NCBI RefSeq assembly: GCF_011745625.1
Contig: NW_027191460.1
Location: forward strand, 186,001-250,000
DNA: 64,000 bases
Reading direction: 5' to 3'
Origin: Cladosporium halotolerans
Taxonomy: Eukaryota
A program made the position numbers and the translations under genes. Each line of letters begins with the position of its first letter. Position 1 is the stretch's first letter. The notes below the pieces were generated by a model. That model had not been told where the DNA came from. It ran no database searches and saw only the letters and a list, made by a program, of their open reading frames with translations. Shown here piece after piece: positions 46,214-58,597 of this stretch.

Positions 46214-49187
46214 GGTCGCGGGCGCAAGAGGAGTGCGCGCAGCTGACGGGCGCGAGAGCGGCGGAGATGGGAGCGCAGTGCTAGCCGACCCGCATACCTC
46301 GTCGCCGGCGGCAGTGGTGGGCGGAGGCAGGTGGAGGGCGGAGATCGGGGGCGGCGGGTGGTGGTGGTGAGGTGCCTGGGTGGTGCGGTGCAGCGATGCG
46401 GCGACGCGAGTAGTGCCCTCCGGCGTGAGGAGGAGTGGCTTGTCGATTCTGGTGTGGAGCCTTCCGAGTCAATTAGCTTTGCGCTAGCGAGCGGAGACGA
46501 TGGAGGGAGGCTCTGGACGCAGCTAGCGCGCGCGCTCTGCAGAAGTCCTTTTCGTATGCGTACGCCAGGCGAGGAGCAGAGAATGAACCACAAGTGAACA
46601 GGAGCGCACACGGCGACGGTTATGTACGCGGCGCATTCGACAGGCGCGGCCGCGCAGGCACGGGGACGGCGTGTCGGGATGGTATGCGTGTGCTGCTCGA
46701 GCGCGGTCGGCGAGTGCGCAATGCTCTGGCGGCTTGGGACCGTCGCATTTTGCGGGGGAGAGGCAGAGGCGTGCGCGTGCTGTCCCGTCCTCGCACCCAG
46801 TCAGTAGGTCCTTCAGGTGTAGCGTAGCGTACATAAGGTGCACCGGTGCATGGCGCGTGGGCGTATACGGCAGGCCTACTTACACCCACATACATTGCCA
46901 TGCACTGCCGTCCAGCCCATACCGCACACCTCATGGCAACGGCGCGCGCTCTCCAACAACCCGCCCTGCCTCTCGCCTCGACGCAGCCTCCCGCGCGCTT
47001 TCATTTCGCGCCCTCGACCAGCTCCCCAGCGCCTGCGAGGCCTCGCCACTCGGCTGCCCACCCGTGAGCTCCTTCGTCTGCATCTGGCTGCCTCCCCTGC
47101 CCCGGCGCCATGCCACCCATGGTCCCAAACCCACCCTCCCTGCTGCCCGCCGGCACCTCTCGCCCGCCGCACCGCGATTCCCGACCGCGCTATGTATGTT
47201 CTGCAGCCGCCCTGCACTCCCATCATCCGAGACCGTCGCGCTAGCCGCAACCTGAGACACCTCCCCAGTCTGGCGCCAACCTGCGCGCATGTTCGCAGCC
47301 GTAGTCCGTGGTGTCTACACATCCAGGCGACGCTAGCGGCGAGAATACACACCCATGCCCTAGAGAGAACGCGCGCGCGCGCTGCCGCAAAGTAATTGCC
47401 ATGTAGCCCGATTCCATGCGGCAGACGTTTTGGCTAGCAGGCCGCTAGCAAAACCACCGCCTGTCAGCCTCAGCCCGCCCGCGCTCTCGTCAAAAGCAGG
47501 CGTCAGCGCCGCCCACAGCTTCGGCCGCTAAACGCTTCGCATCCGGTCTCCGGAGGGCCCACCAGGCGCGCGCGCAGGCCCAGGACAAGCCCTTGCCCTC
47601 GCTCCTGGGTCCTGGTCACCGTCGGCCGCCGGCGAGAGATCAGGGCAGGGGTGGCGTGGACGAATCGAGCCCGCCAGGTCACAAATCCTATCACTCGATC
47701 AAATCTCCGCCCACAGGACGCCATTTGGTAGGTATGCAGAGCCCGCTTTGCCATGCTCTGCTGCGTGGGACGACACGTGCCGGGCACGATCACGGCACGT
47801 TATCATTAAGTTAGTAGTGCATTTGCGTTCGACTCCAGACGAACCAACGGTCCTGCGAAATTCTACGACTCGCCCACGTCGCCCGTCAGGCCCTCCGGTA
47901 TTCATTAGTCAGCTCCCTCGCTCTCGCAACAACACCAATACACAAACACACATCAGTACTTTACGTATGCACACCCACTGGACGTGGACTCCTGACATCT
48001 CCATCTCGTATCGACAGCCGCAGACGCAGCACAGTACCGCCCCGCGCAGCGCAGCGCATGCCCCCCATCCAGCAACGGCACAGCAACCCAGGTAAACCTA
48101 CACACAGCACCAAACACCGGCCCCTCCGCCGCAAGCGAGAACCACCCCTCCTCCTCCTCCTCCAACTCCGCAGCGCAATGTTCCCCCAGCGAGCAAGCGC
48201 GCGCGCGAACGTCCCCCGGCCGCTCGCCGCCCGCTCTAATCGGGCCGTCCAAAGTCCAGCTGGACCGTGTACGATACGTGTGGACGAAGGAATCGCACGC
48301 CCGCTGGCCGCGAGCGCGAGCGGACTTGGCGGAGGACGACGAGCGAGGAGTCGTGCGACGACGAGGGAGCGAGGGAGGGCGTCACGTGCGGGGGCCAGCG
48401 CGGTAAGTACGTACGTACGCACGGTACGGTTCTTGAAGCGGCGGTGCGATGCACGCCGGCAGGTCTTGGGAGCGCTTCGCACGGAAACCCCATCGAAGCA
48501 CTCTGGCCGGAAATAATGGAATCGCGAGCGAATAACCAACCCCCCTGGCGCCGTACATATCCACATACGCATACAATCCAATCCAATCCAACCCAGTCCA
48601 ATCCGTTCCAGCAGCAGCAGCAGCAGCAGCCCCAAAACCATAAGCACGTCTATCTCCCCAGCTCCCTACCTTACCTTACGCACCGTGCCTGTCCCGCTCT
48701 CCCCCCACCCCCCGGGGAACGCAACGCAACGCATGCGCTGCAGCCAGCGCGCCTTGCCCTGCGTCCGACCCCACCGCTGCTGCTGCTGCTACTGGACGCC
48801 CGCGAACCAGACGGCGAACAGACAGACAGCAACGTGCGGGCCATGTGATGCGATGCGAGCGTGAGGAGGCGGTTGGATGCAGGGGGCGAGTCAAAATGAG
48901 TAAAAAGCGGTGTCGATGAGATGGTTGACAAGTGGATTTGGCTTTAGATTGTACAGAGCAGAGGCCGATACTAACGGAAAGAAAGAAAGAAAAAAAAAAC
49001 ATTCGCCGCCGAAAAACGCCTCGCTATGTGATTGATGGAGCTCCGTCCGACCGTGATTTAGTTCCCGCCAGCTCGCAATAAGGACGAGATCGAAAGAAGA
49101 GCGCCCGCAGCAAAGCTAAAGGCAGAACAAAAAAAAACAGCCATAGAACCGTAAACAGACGCTCGTGTATGCATGCAGTACCCTACT

Positions 49188-49212
49188 CCAACCCAACCCA
49201 ACCCAACCCAAC
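49188..49212. repeat. (CCAAC)n pentanucleotide microsatellite
   Basis: CCAACCCAACCCAACCCAACCCAAC downstream of PFK26. Other short SSRs occur at ~41798 (TCCA), ~48575 (AATCC), ~48609 (CAG) and ~60140 (AAC). Confidence 0.8.
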
Positions 49213-49339
49213 CTTTCCCCGCCAGGCCGTGAAGTGATCAATCAATCAATCAATCATAAAGTTTGTGAGCGGGATACCAAGCCGCCTCCGAGCTTGCAAC
49301 CTGTCAAAACTCCCGTCTTGCAGAGCAAAACCCCTGCAC

Positions 49340-52033
49340 TTATTTCATATCGTCCTCCGCCCTCCTCAGCTGGAAGTCCGGAACCTCGTAGAACCACTCG
49401 TCGTCCTTGTTCCACTGGAACGCCTTGAAATCGACGCCGTACGGCTTCGGCTCGAGGCAGTACAGCATGCCGATGGGGACGTCGAGGTCCGCGACCTCCT
49501 CGCGGTTGAGGCCGCGGAAGTAGGCGAGCAGGACGCGGGCGACGGAGCGGTGGCCGACGAGCAGGACGTGGTCGGTCATGCGCTCGAGCTCGACGATGAC
49601 GGGCCGCAGGCGGTTGATGACGTCCAGGTAGCCCTCGCCGCCGGGGCCCGGGTAGCGGTAGTGCAGCTTGTCGTGCTTGCGGCTGGCGTACTCCTTCGGG
49701 TGCTGGGTGGAGATGCAGTTGTAGGTCAGGCCTTCCATGACGCCCGCGTTGAGCTCGTCGAGCATGCGCATTTGCTTCGTGTCGTATTCTTCGTCGCTGA
49801 AGAACTGCGCGGTTTGGATCGAGCGCTTGAGCATCGAGGTCCAGACGCAGAAGGGCTTGGGCTCGTAGACGTATTCGCCGGGTTGGCCGGCTTGGTTGCC
49901 GGGGGCGGAGGTGGGTGCTTCGCCGCCGGGGGATTTGGGGGAGTAGTATGGGTTGGGCGGTGTGGCGTCGCCGGACTGCGGAGGGAAGTGGGTGTTTGCG
50001 GCGGCCTGGCGTTGACGCTCTTCCCACACGCCTCGCTGGTAGTCCATGAAGCGCGCGAGAGAGCTGGCGTAGCGGACACCTTCATCGGAGAGATCAGAGT
50101 CGCCACCGATCTTGCCAGAGATGTTGTCGAGAGACAGACCGTGACGGGTGATCCAAATCTGCCGGGGTGCCAGGTTGAAGTTGAGCAGGTAGTAGTTGGC
50201 TTGTGCCATGAGGAAACCACGAATCTGGTGAGAGATGATCTTGCGGCCGACGTCGATCATTTGAATGTAGGGAACGTTGTTCTGCTCCTCGTAGTCGCCA
50301 AGCGGGAGGTATGCGGTCTCATACACAGCGATGCGCTTCTTGAAATCTTCCAGTGCGATGGTCGGGTCCATGTCCTTGTAGTCAGGTCCACTCAGCTTCA
50401 AGCGCATGTTGCTCTCTAGCAAGTCGGTGTCAACGCAGCGAGACTCCAGGAAAAGAACGTTCAGGTCCATGCCAGCCCTCTCGCGAATGTGACGGACAAC
50501 CATCTTGCGGCGCTCGAGAGTGCTGTTGGTCGCGTCCAAGATACCGACAGATCCGTCTCCGTCCAGGATGTAATCCAGAAGCTCGTCCAGAGTGTCCATG
50601 GCCAGCTGCTCACGGATGAGGGCAGCCTTGGTATTCTTCGGATCGAAGAAAGAAGCGCTCTGATCCATCATCTCGCTTTCCGGCATTTGGTGGGCCTCAG
50701 ACTGTGCGTTTTGCTGTTGTGCCTCCATCAATTCCGGGAACTTCTTCTCCAGCTCCTCGATTTCCTGATCTTCAGGATTCTTCTCTTCCTTCTTAACATT
50801 CTCGCCACTACTCTGAGTCAGGGCGGCGCTCTTGGGGGCCGCCGGCGCCTCAACCTTTGTCTCGTCGTTCAGGATGATCTGCGCGACAGAAACAGGCTTA
50901 TTCTCGTTGCTCTTGGTTTTGGCGAGTTCCGACTGATCGACGATGCTGTTGGCCCTGCCAGGCGCCAGACTGGCACGGTGTCCGCTCTTGTTCGAGCTCG
51001 CGTTCGACTGCCCGCTCTTCGTCTTCTCCAATGTGTTCGGTCCGCCAGCCGCGACACGCCGCCTCTCACCCACGTTGAAGATCCTTGTGTCGTGCTGCAG
51101 CCAGTTCAGGTACCTCGCCAGCTTCTTTGTGATATAGCTCTTTCCTCGTGCGGGCAATCCGACCATGACAATCACCAACTTCGCGCCCACGTCTCTTTGC
51201 GCTATCCGTCCGTCTGGAGAGACTTTGCTCTTGGTCAGGCCGGGGATGTCCAGAGTCGTTGGTCGCGGACGGGGTGTGCTGACGCCAGAAGCAAGGCGCA
51301 TCGGTGTGTTGAGGCTGAGATTGGCTGCCAGGCCTTCATGTGCCGCCAGTGGCTTCAACCCATGCATCCGAGGGCTCCCGGGTGCAGTACTAGGCGCAGT
51401 GGTCGCTGGCGTGTCGTTGGCAGCGTGGGTCACGCCGCTGCCCTCAGGATATTGACCAGCCAGTGCCTGAGACATTGAGCTTCCTCTCACTGGCTTTGGC
51501 GCGGCCTGCCTTGTTTCCTTTGCAGCCTCTGCGGGCTTTTGCGGTGCTTTTGTCTGTGCCTTATCCTCACTGTGTACGCCGTTCTTTTCCAGGGTGGGCG
51601 AAAGAGCGCGATCGAGGTCGTTTCGGAGCTGCTCGACTTCCTTGTCGCTCGGAGCAAGGCCTTCGATGCTGTTCGAGCGGGCCATCTCGCCGTTGGACTT
51701 GGTGTTGGAGGTCATGACGAACTTGGCCAGGCTGGACTGCTGGCTCTGGCGGCGCCGGTAGTGGCCAAGCGGTGTGGTATCCTCTGTCACGCAGGAACAG
51801 CGCCCCGCGGTGTGGATATTTTCGCTGTTCGCGTCGATCAGCGGACGGAGAGGCGGGGAGTGCGCCGGTGTCGGAAGGTTGTTGCGGAAGGTGGTGGCGG
51901 AGTCGGGTGAGAGGGTGGACGGGTTAGCAGGAGGAGAGGATGAGGTCGTGTTGCGCGCGGCGACAGAAGCTGGATGTGCGCTGGGCGCTGGTTTAGCAAA
52001 GGGAGCAGCTTGCCATAGCGTCGAGTGTGGCAT
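49340..52033 (-). CDS. PFK26: 6-phosphofructo-2-kinase / fructose-2,6-bisphosphatase
   Basis: P-loop VMVGLPARGKS, FNVGERRR, LDATNST and phosphatase RHG motif (WITRHG); long disordered N-terminus. Confidence 0.93.
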   Translation of the reverse strand: MPHSTLWQAAPFAKPAPSAHPASVAARNTTSSSPPANPSTLSPDSATTFRNNLPTPAHSPPLRPLIDANSENIHTAGRCSCVTEDTTPLGHYRRRQSQQSSLAKFVMTSNTKSNGEMARSNSIEGLAPSDKEVEQLRNDLDRALSPTLEKNGVHSEDKAQTKAPQKPAEAAKETRQAAPKPVRGSSMSQALAGQYPEGSGVTHAANDTPATTAPSTAPGSPRMHGLKPLAAHEGLAANLSLNTPMRLASGVSTPRPRPTTLDIPGLTKSKVSPDGRIAQRDVGAKLVIVMVGLPARGKSYITKKLARYLNWLQHDTRIFNVGERRRVAAGGPNTLEKTKSGQSNASSNKSGHRASLAPGRANSIVDQSELAKTKSNENKPVSVAQIILNDETKVEAPAAPKSAALTQSSGENVKKEEKNPEDQEIEELEKKFPELMEAQQQNAQSEAHQMPESEMMDQSASFFDPKNTKAALIREQLAMDTLDELLDYILDGDGSVGILDATNSTLERRKMVVRHIRERAGMDLNVLFLESRCVDTDLLESNMRLKLSGPDYKDMDPTIALEDFKKRIAVYETAYLPLGDYEEQNNVPYIQMIDVGRKIISHQIRGFLMAQANYYLLNFNLAPRQIWITRHGLSLDNISGKIGGDSDLSDEGVRYASSLARFMDYQRGVWEERQRQAAANTHFPPQSGDATPPNPYYSPKSPGGEAPTSAPGNQAGQPGEYVYEPKPFCVWTSMLKRSIQTAQFFSDEEYDTKQMRMLDELNAGVMEGLTYNCISTQHPKEYASRKHDKLHYRYPGPGGEGYLDVINRLRPVIVELERMTDHVLLVGHRSVARVLLAYFRGLNREEVADLDVPIGMLYCLEPKPYGVDFKAFQWNKDDEWFYEVPDFQLRRAEDDMK

Positions 52034-54050
52034 TCCGGTTGAGTCGCGGGCGCTGCGGGAATGTGGATTCGCCAGAAATCTCCTCGGCCAGTGATGTAAG
52101 GCTGGCGCCGACCAGAGTCAAAGTTGCGCGGCGCCAAATCCGGAGAGCTCAGCGCGTCGGGACCGCCCGATGTGAGGACGGCGGCCGGGGTCTCGTGGCC
52201 TGGACGGTGCGCTGGTGCGGGTGGAGGCTGGTTGAGTACCTAGTATAGGTAGTGTTTGCGAGTGGAGTGCGAGAGAGAGGGAGAGGAAAGGCGGCAGGCG
52301 ATGGGCGTGCGAGGTAGGAAGAGCGCGAGTCTGCGGCGCCTTGATCGCTTGCCGCAGTGAATAATAAAACAAAGGACTGGGCGGCTTTGTAGTGCGCGCG
52401 TAGGGGCCGATTCACGGCTTGCTGCAATAGACTTCCGTGGCCCAGCGATGGCCTCAGCTACCCCGTGGAGGAAGGCATCGCCGTGGCTCGGTGGCTCAGC
52501 AGGACGGGGCGTGGGTGCGCGAGCTGCCCGCCGTGACTCAGATGGTGAGTCGCTGCCGGGCTCGTGCTGACGGCAGAGGCTGAACGTTCCGGCGGAGGAG
52601 TGCGAAGGGAGCCTGGAGCTGCCTCTCCGGCCGCACAGAGAAACAGGTTACGGTATATGTAGATATAGGAGAGCCCTTGCATTGCAGCGTTGAGCTCGTG
52701 GCCGCCCGGTGCGACGCGGCGGGCATGCCATTAGTCCAGCGCAGCGAGTCAACATGTCTGTCTGTCGACGCTATCAGGTCAACGGCGCTAGCATTCACGC
52801 CCCGAACACGTTGTCGCTCCATTGCTGAGCGACTCTTGCGCGGTGCCGCGTGCGACCTCGAGGCTTGGGTTGTTTGCCCAGAGCCAACGCTCGCAGCAGC
52901 CAATCTCTCCCACGCCATCCGCCACGCTCACCTGCCGCCCTCCACCTCCTGCACGCCGCATGCTGTACAAGCACATGCCATATCGGCCCGGCATCCTGCG
53001 GCGTCGTGCGACGTGATCATCGCAGCGTGTTTGCGCAGCCTGTCTGCATCAGCAGTCGCCCAGCCATCCGGACCTTCTATTTGCGAGCCGGCAGGCGGAT
53101 CGTCAGCCCGTCGGGAAACCCCAAGAAAAATGGTCTCACTGGTCCCGTCGTGGAGCTGTCTCCTTTGGCTGACGGGCTGTGCTCAGCTCGCCCACCACTC
53201 CCGTGACGTTGACGTCGGCCTGTCTCAAGCACGCCCAGCGGGCCAGCCAACGCCTGCATGCTTTCCCCGGACTTCAAGCATTTGAGACTGCGGAGAATGG
53301 AGCCACTCAGTTGCATGCAAGTAGCCCTCGCTCAACGCTTCCTCAACTGCAGTCAGCCTTGCAACACAGATAAGGGCAGTTCGTGGCACGTATGTCCAAC
53401 GATTCCAATCGATGGCTCGTCTGGTCACAACATTGTCACAGCGCGTCGAACTTCCCACTCGGATTCTGGTTGACGGCGCTTGGAATTTCCCGTCGAGTTA
53501 TGGATGAGTCCTACACCGGAGCCTACATTGGTAATCGCGATCAATCGATTTCACAGCCATGATGACTCCAATCACCCGGTGTCCAATACTCACGTTACGC
53601 AAATATGCACGCATTCACACGACCAGTAAACGCTTCCACTTCGTCGGGCTCGAAGATAGCGGGACGAGAGATCCCGCTTTCGGACTCATGGGATCCGCTC
53701 TGCATGCTCGACGGACAGGATATGCACGTAAGACCGCCCTGACAGCAACGGGTCGGGACGATCGACACCGTTCATTCTATTGATGATGCTTGTCATCCCG
53801 GCAAACGCTATATTGCATGCGGGCAGCTATGTGAGTGATGCCATCATATCGGATATTGCTCATCGGTACCTAGCAATGGGTACGTTCTTGTGATTCACCC
53901 CTCAGGATCATACTATCGTTCTGGGAATGCGTCCAATAGCAAGCGCTGTTGTCGATCAATAGCAACCAACATGTAGGTGATATCTAGATACGTAGTGCAG
54001 CATTTCAGCGGATCCAATACCATTCCAGCTACCAAAGCTACCTCCACTCC

Positions 54051-55204
54051 TCACAGAGAAGGCATCCGAACCCGGCGCGCCCTGCGCAATTCCCCCAGCG
54101 TCTCTCTCAACCCTCGCACCAAAACATCCATAGGCAGCCCCAACCGCACAGCCTCCTCACGGGTCATCACCGTCGCTCCTCTCAGACCCGGCCCCCAAGA
54201 AGCCTCCTCCACCTCCTCCTCCCCCTCCTCCCCCATCTCCCACCTAACCCTCGCCCACTCCCCCAAAACCACCCTCTCCACCTCCCCACACCGCGCCCGA
54301 CACCACGCCAGACCCGGACAGCCCAGCCCCGGCCCCGCCGCACCAACAACCCTCAAATTGAACACCTCCAACCCCATCCTCCGCACCGGCTCAAACAACA
54401 TCCTGCCAGCGCCCGCCGCCGTCCGCAGCTCCCCGCGCTCCAACCCGCGCACCGCCCCGCACGCGCAGGCCCCGAGCCCGCTCCCCGCCACCTGCACGAC
54501 GACGCTCAGCCGCCGCAGGCCCGCGAACGCGCGCCAGGCGCCGCCGCCCCCGGGGCCGCCGAAGTCGAAGTTCCCGGCTTTGGGCAGCGCGACGGACGCG
54601 ATGGCGCGCGCTTGCGCGGGCGCGAGGCGGCGCACGAAGGGCGGCAGGCTGGTGTCGTGGTAGAAGCTGAGGGTGTTGAGGGCGAAGGGGAGGAGGGCGG
54701 TTTCGGCGTGGATGGCGGAGCAGGTGGCTAGGAGGCTGAGGTTGGGCGGCGAAGGGGCGCTGGGGGCGGCGGCGGTCGTGTCGAGGCGGCAGGTGGGGTG
54801 GTGCTGGGTGCGGTAGCTGTCGTTCCAGTGCTGGTGGGGCGTGGAGCTGCTGTTGGGGGAGTCGAGGGTGCGGTCGTCTGCGGTGCCGTAGGTGTGGTCG
54901 TTGTACTTGGAGCGGCAGATGCTGCTTTTGAGGCCTTTCCACTCGTCTTCGTAGATGTGGATGGTCGTGAAGGATAGGACGTCTTCCCAGATCATGTTGC
55001 GGAGCTCGGCTGGGAGGCGCAGGAGGGGCGACTTGGTTTCATTGTGCAGCGCCCTGGGAGGGTGTTGGTATCGTCGTGATGAGCGGCCAGTGGTTGTAGT
55101 GATACGCACGCAGCTTTGGTCCTTGGTTTTGACAGCGCCGGCTTGAGGAGTTCCTGCGGAGCGTCTTCCCTGAAGCACAATTGTGCTATAAGGGCATCAA
55201 GCAT
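54051..55204 (-). CDS. Hypothetical protein with F-box-like 'SPLLRLPAELRNMIW' motif; intron 55054-55109
   Basis: The first exon MLDALIAQLCFRE...KA joins in frame to ALHNETKSPLLRLPAELRNMIWEDVL. LSLLATCSAIHAET motif is typical of expanded fungal F-box-like families. Confidence 0.75.
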
Positions 55205-56810
55205 CGTGGATGGCCTTAGTGTTCGCCTGTTGTCGTTCAGGGTTGTAGCGGAATGTGTCAACTGCTATCGACCCAAAGACTAAAGATCGGAAGTATGGCG
55301 ACGATCAAGATCATGTTGACGCGGACGACTTTATGCCACTTGAGATATAGAGCATTTCAATATTTTTTTCTCTCATTCTTCCGTTGCTTACCTGTTCCAA
55401 ACACGTGAAAGGTAAGCGGGAATCGATGGCCCAAAGCCGTCAGCTAGAATCCATTTGTGCTGACCAAATAAATATCAAATTGGTTTAGAATGCGTCTTAG
55501 GGGAGATAGGAACTGAGGTACGATTTAGATAAAATCAGGGACGATAATTGCGATGGCAGTCGCGGTGACTTCGAGCTGATGTTGAGATTGTCGAGACAAA
55601 CCTGGCTAAGTCTCCTGAATTGGGGTCTGAACATATTTGCGGTATGAGCCGTGAGCCATCGGTGACGCTTCGCATGTCGCCTCGCACATGAAGTCCTTTT
55701 CAGGCTTGATGTTTTTCACGAAGCTCAGTTGTATGAAGCCGTGGCACTGAGGCAGACGATGGCTTCCGTCATGTGTTGTTGAGCTTGAAGGTTGTGCCTG
55801 CCCATCTACTCTGTGCAGAGTGCCCACTCAAGTTGCCACTCCATCGCTCTCAAACATTGATCGCGTGACAAGTTTGTGGACGCGGGTAGACGGTATTCCT
55901 TTGCTCCTAAACCGAGCCGGTCAACAGCACTCTTCTCCAAAGCCGAGACCACAGACTCCAGCTCCAGGCTAACGGTTTCCAGTAGCAATCGGCGTGCAAT
56001 CAACGGAATCCAATATGCCAAGGCTTCTATTCAAAAGGCGTCCTTTGGAATTGCATGTCATCTTTCCATTCTGTACCTAGCTCTATGCGTTCCTGATCTT
56101 CTGCAGGGAAGCCAGAGCACGAGGTGGCTTGCTTGAGCCCGCCGATCTCGAACACATGGCCAATCGCATCGCCATTTTGGCGATCAAATGTCTTGGGTGG
56201 ATGCCACTATACAGGCGCGGGGTATTCCACGGCCGCGTGAAAGAGTGGTGTCGCTGGCTGAGCCGGTTGCAACCTGCCCTTTGCAGACTGGTGAAGTCCC
56301 GTGCAGCTTGGCGGCCAAGCTGCCAACACCTCTTCCCCCGACTCGGACTCGCCAGACTCCAGCCATACCATGTGCCGTTGGCTGCACTGCTTGAGCCTCA
56401 AGTCTTGTCGCGCATGCCAAGTTCTGATTGCGGTGGGGAGCGGCCGTGCAACCCGGCTCGGTGCGATAGACGCAATTTGACGGCATGCCAAACAGACCTT
56501 GTTTCTGAGCCCCCTCATACCGTTCTGCTCCGCCCCCATGGCGGCCACCATGATGATTCAGGAAGGCGCCAAGGCAAACTCCGAGGCTGCAGAGACCAAG
56601 AGATAAGTATGCTTGTTGTTACTATCACCAAGACTTAAGCGTGAGGTTTGCATGGGACCCAAGAGATATGCACCTCGGAGGTGCCGTGGGTGTAGACACA
56701 GCCATGCCCGACATGAGTACTATATAGACTGTCGTCCGGGACCAGGCGTCTCGGACATCTCGTCAGATACCTTATTCCCCTACTACACCTGCCCCCCGAA
56801 ACTCGTGAAG

Positions 56811-58374
56811 ATGAAGATCACTGCTGCGCTCGCTGCCGGTATCATCGGCGCCACTACGGTGGCTGCCGCCAGCATGGAGGAGATGATGGAGATTAAGGCA
56901 AAATCATGGGAGAGGGCCGAGGCACGCGGTGTCTTCGACGGCAACAAGAAATACAAGAAGGGCCCGACTGCGTCCAAGTGCAAGAACGGCTTTGCCGGAG
57001 AGTACCCTTGCAACAACGTGGACCTGCTGGACTTCATCAGCCACGAGGATCTCGGTGCTACGCAAATGCGTGGTAACGATGTCTGGGGTTGGACTTCCAA
57101 GGACGGCCGCGAGTATGGCATTGTCGGCCACACCGATGGCGTCGCTTTCGTCGAGATCAAGAAGAACGGCAAGCTCTCGTACCTGGGCAGACTTGACACT
57201 TACACCGGCATCGTCTCCTGGCGAGACATGAAGGTCATCAAGGACCATGTCTACATCGGTTCTGAGGCCACCGGCCACGGTCTTCAGATCTTCGACTTGA
57301 AGAACCTTCTCGATGTCGACCCCAAGCACCCGGTCGTCTTTGAGAACGAGAGGGACCTCACCGCCCACTTCGATGGCTTCGGTGCATCTCACAACCTCGT
57401 CGCCCACCCTGAGGTCGATATGATCTACGCCGTCGGTGGCCGTGATGGTGCCAACTCGCGCAACACAGCATGCGCCGGTGGTCTCTTCATGGTTGACGTC
57501 TCGGACCCAAGCAACCCCACCTCTCCGGGCTGCATTGGCCTCGATGGATACGTCCACGATGCCGAGTGCGTCATTTACAGAGGTCCCACTCAGAAGTACT
57601 TCGGTCGTGAGATCTGCTTCGGCTACAACGAGGACACTCTGACCATCTACGACACCACCGACAAGTCGAACCCCAGTGTTATCAGCTCGACTCCTTACAT
57701 CGGAAACGAGTACTCTCACCAGGGCTGGATCGTCGACGAGGCGATGACCTTCCTGCTCCTTGACGACGAGCTCGACGAGCTCAACCAGGCTGGCCCTCCT
57801 GCCGGAGAGATCGGCGGTCTTGTGAACCACACCACCACCTACATCTTCGATATCAGCAACCTCGAGGCTCCGGTCAACACTGGTTACTACCAGTCCCCTG
57901 AGCAGTCTATCGACCACAACCAATACGTGAGTTTCTACCTTTTATAATCTCTTCCCGCTCGTTCATACTGACATTTTGTAGACTCTCGAAGGCCTCTCCT
58001 ACCAATCCAACTACGCCTCTGGTCTCCGCATCATCGACGTCTCCGGCCTTCCTAAGGACCCTGCTGGCAACAACATCGAGGAGGTCGGCTTCTTCGACGT
58101 TCACCCTGAAGATGACGGCGTAAGTACCACATTATCCGTGATGAGTAGTGAACAGTTGCTGACTTCATCCTCACAGGCCATCGAGTTCCTCGGCACCTGG
58201 AGCAACTACCCTTACTTCAAGTCCGGCAACATTCTCGTCAACTCCATTGAGCGCGGTATCTTCACCCTGAAGTACACTGGCCGCAAGGCCAAGTACCCCG
58301 GCGGCCGCAAGTCTGAGTGGATGCAGGAGGGCGTGAAGCCTAGCAAGCCTGGCAAGGGCCCCAAGCAGAACTAA
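56811..58374 (+). CDS. Secreted beta-propeller-like protein (LVIVD-repeat / choice-of-anchor B-like); introns 57927-57981 and 58120-58176
   Basis: Signal peptide MKITAALAAGIIGATTVAA; GNDVWGWT, SWRDMK, HGLQIFDL, YVHDAECV, YSHQGW, IDHNQY, SNYASGLRIID and WSNYPYFKSG motifs. Confidence 0.88.
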
Positions 58375-58597
58375 AGTCGTTTCGCTATGATGTTGATGAT
58401 ATCAAAAGTATTACGAAATGACAAGCAGATTATCATTCTGCGTGCAGTAATTCACACTATATTCCCCTGTTCGTGCAATTTGTTCATTCTGGCATACTTC
58501 ACACCTTATCAACGACTACGACTACAACACTTCGAATCTCGCTCAACCGCAGCACCGCTAACCGCCAACACCACAAACTCCCCAACCTCACCTCCAC

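Noticed and set aside
1..52033. Functional lipid/metabolic cluster (OSH1, SPT23/MGA2, PFK26)
   Set aside because: The genes are up to tens of kb apart and interleaved with unrelated housekeeping genes; there is no sequence evidence of co-regulation.
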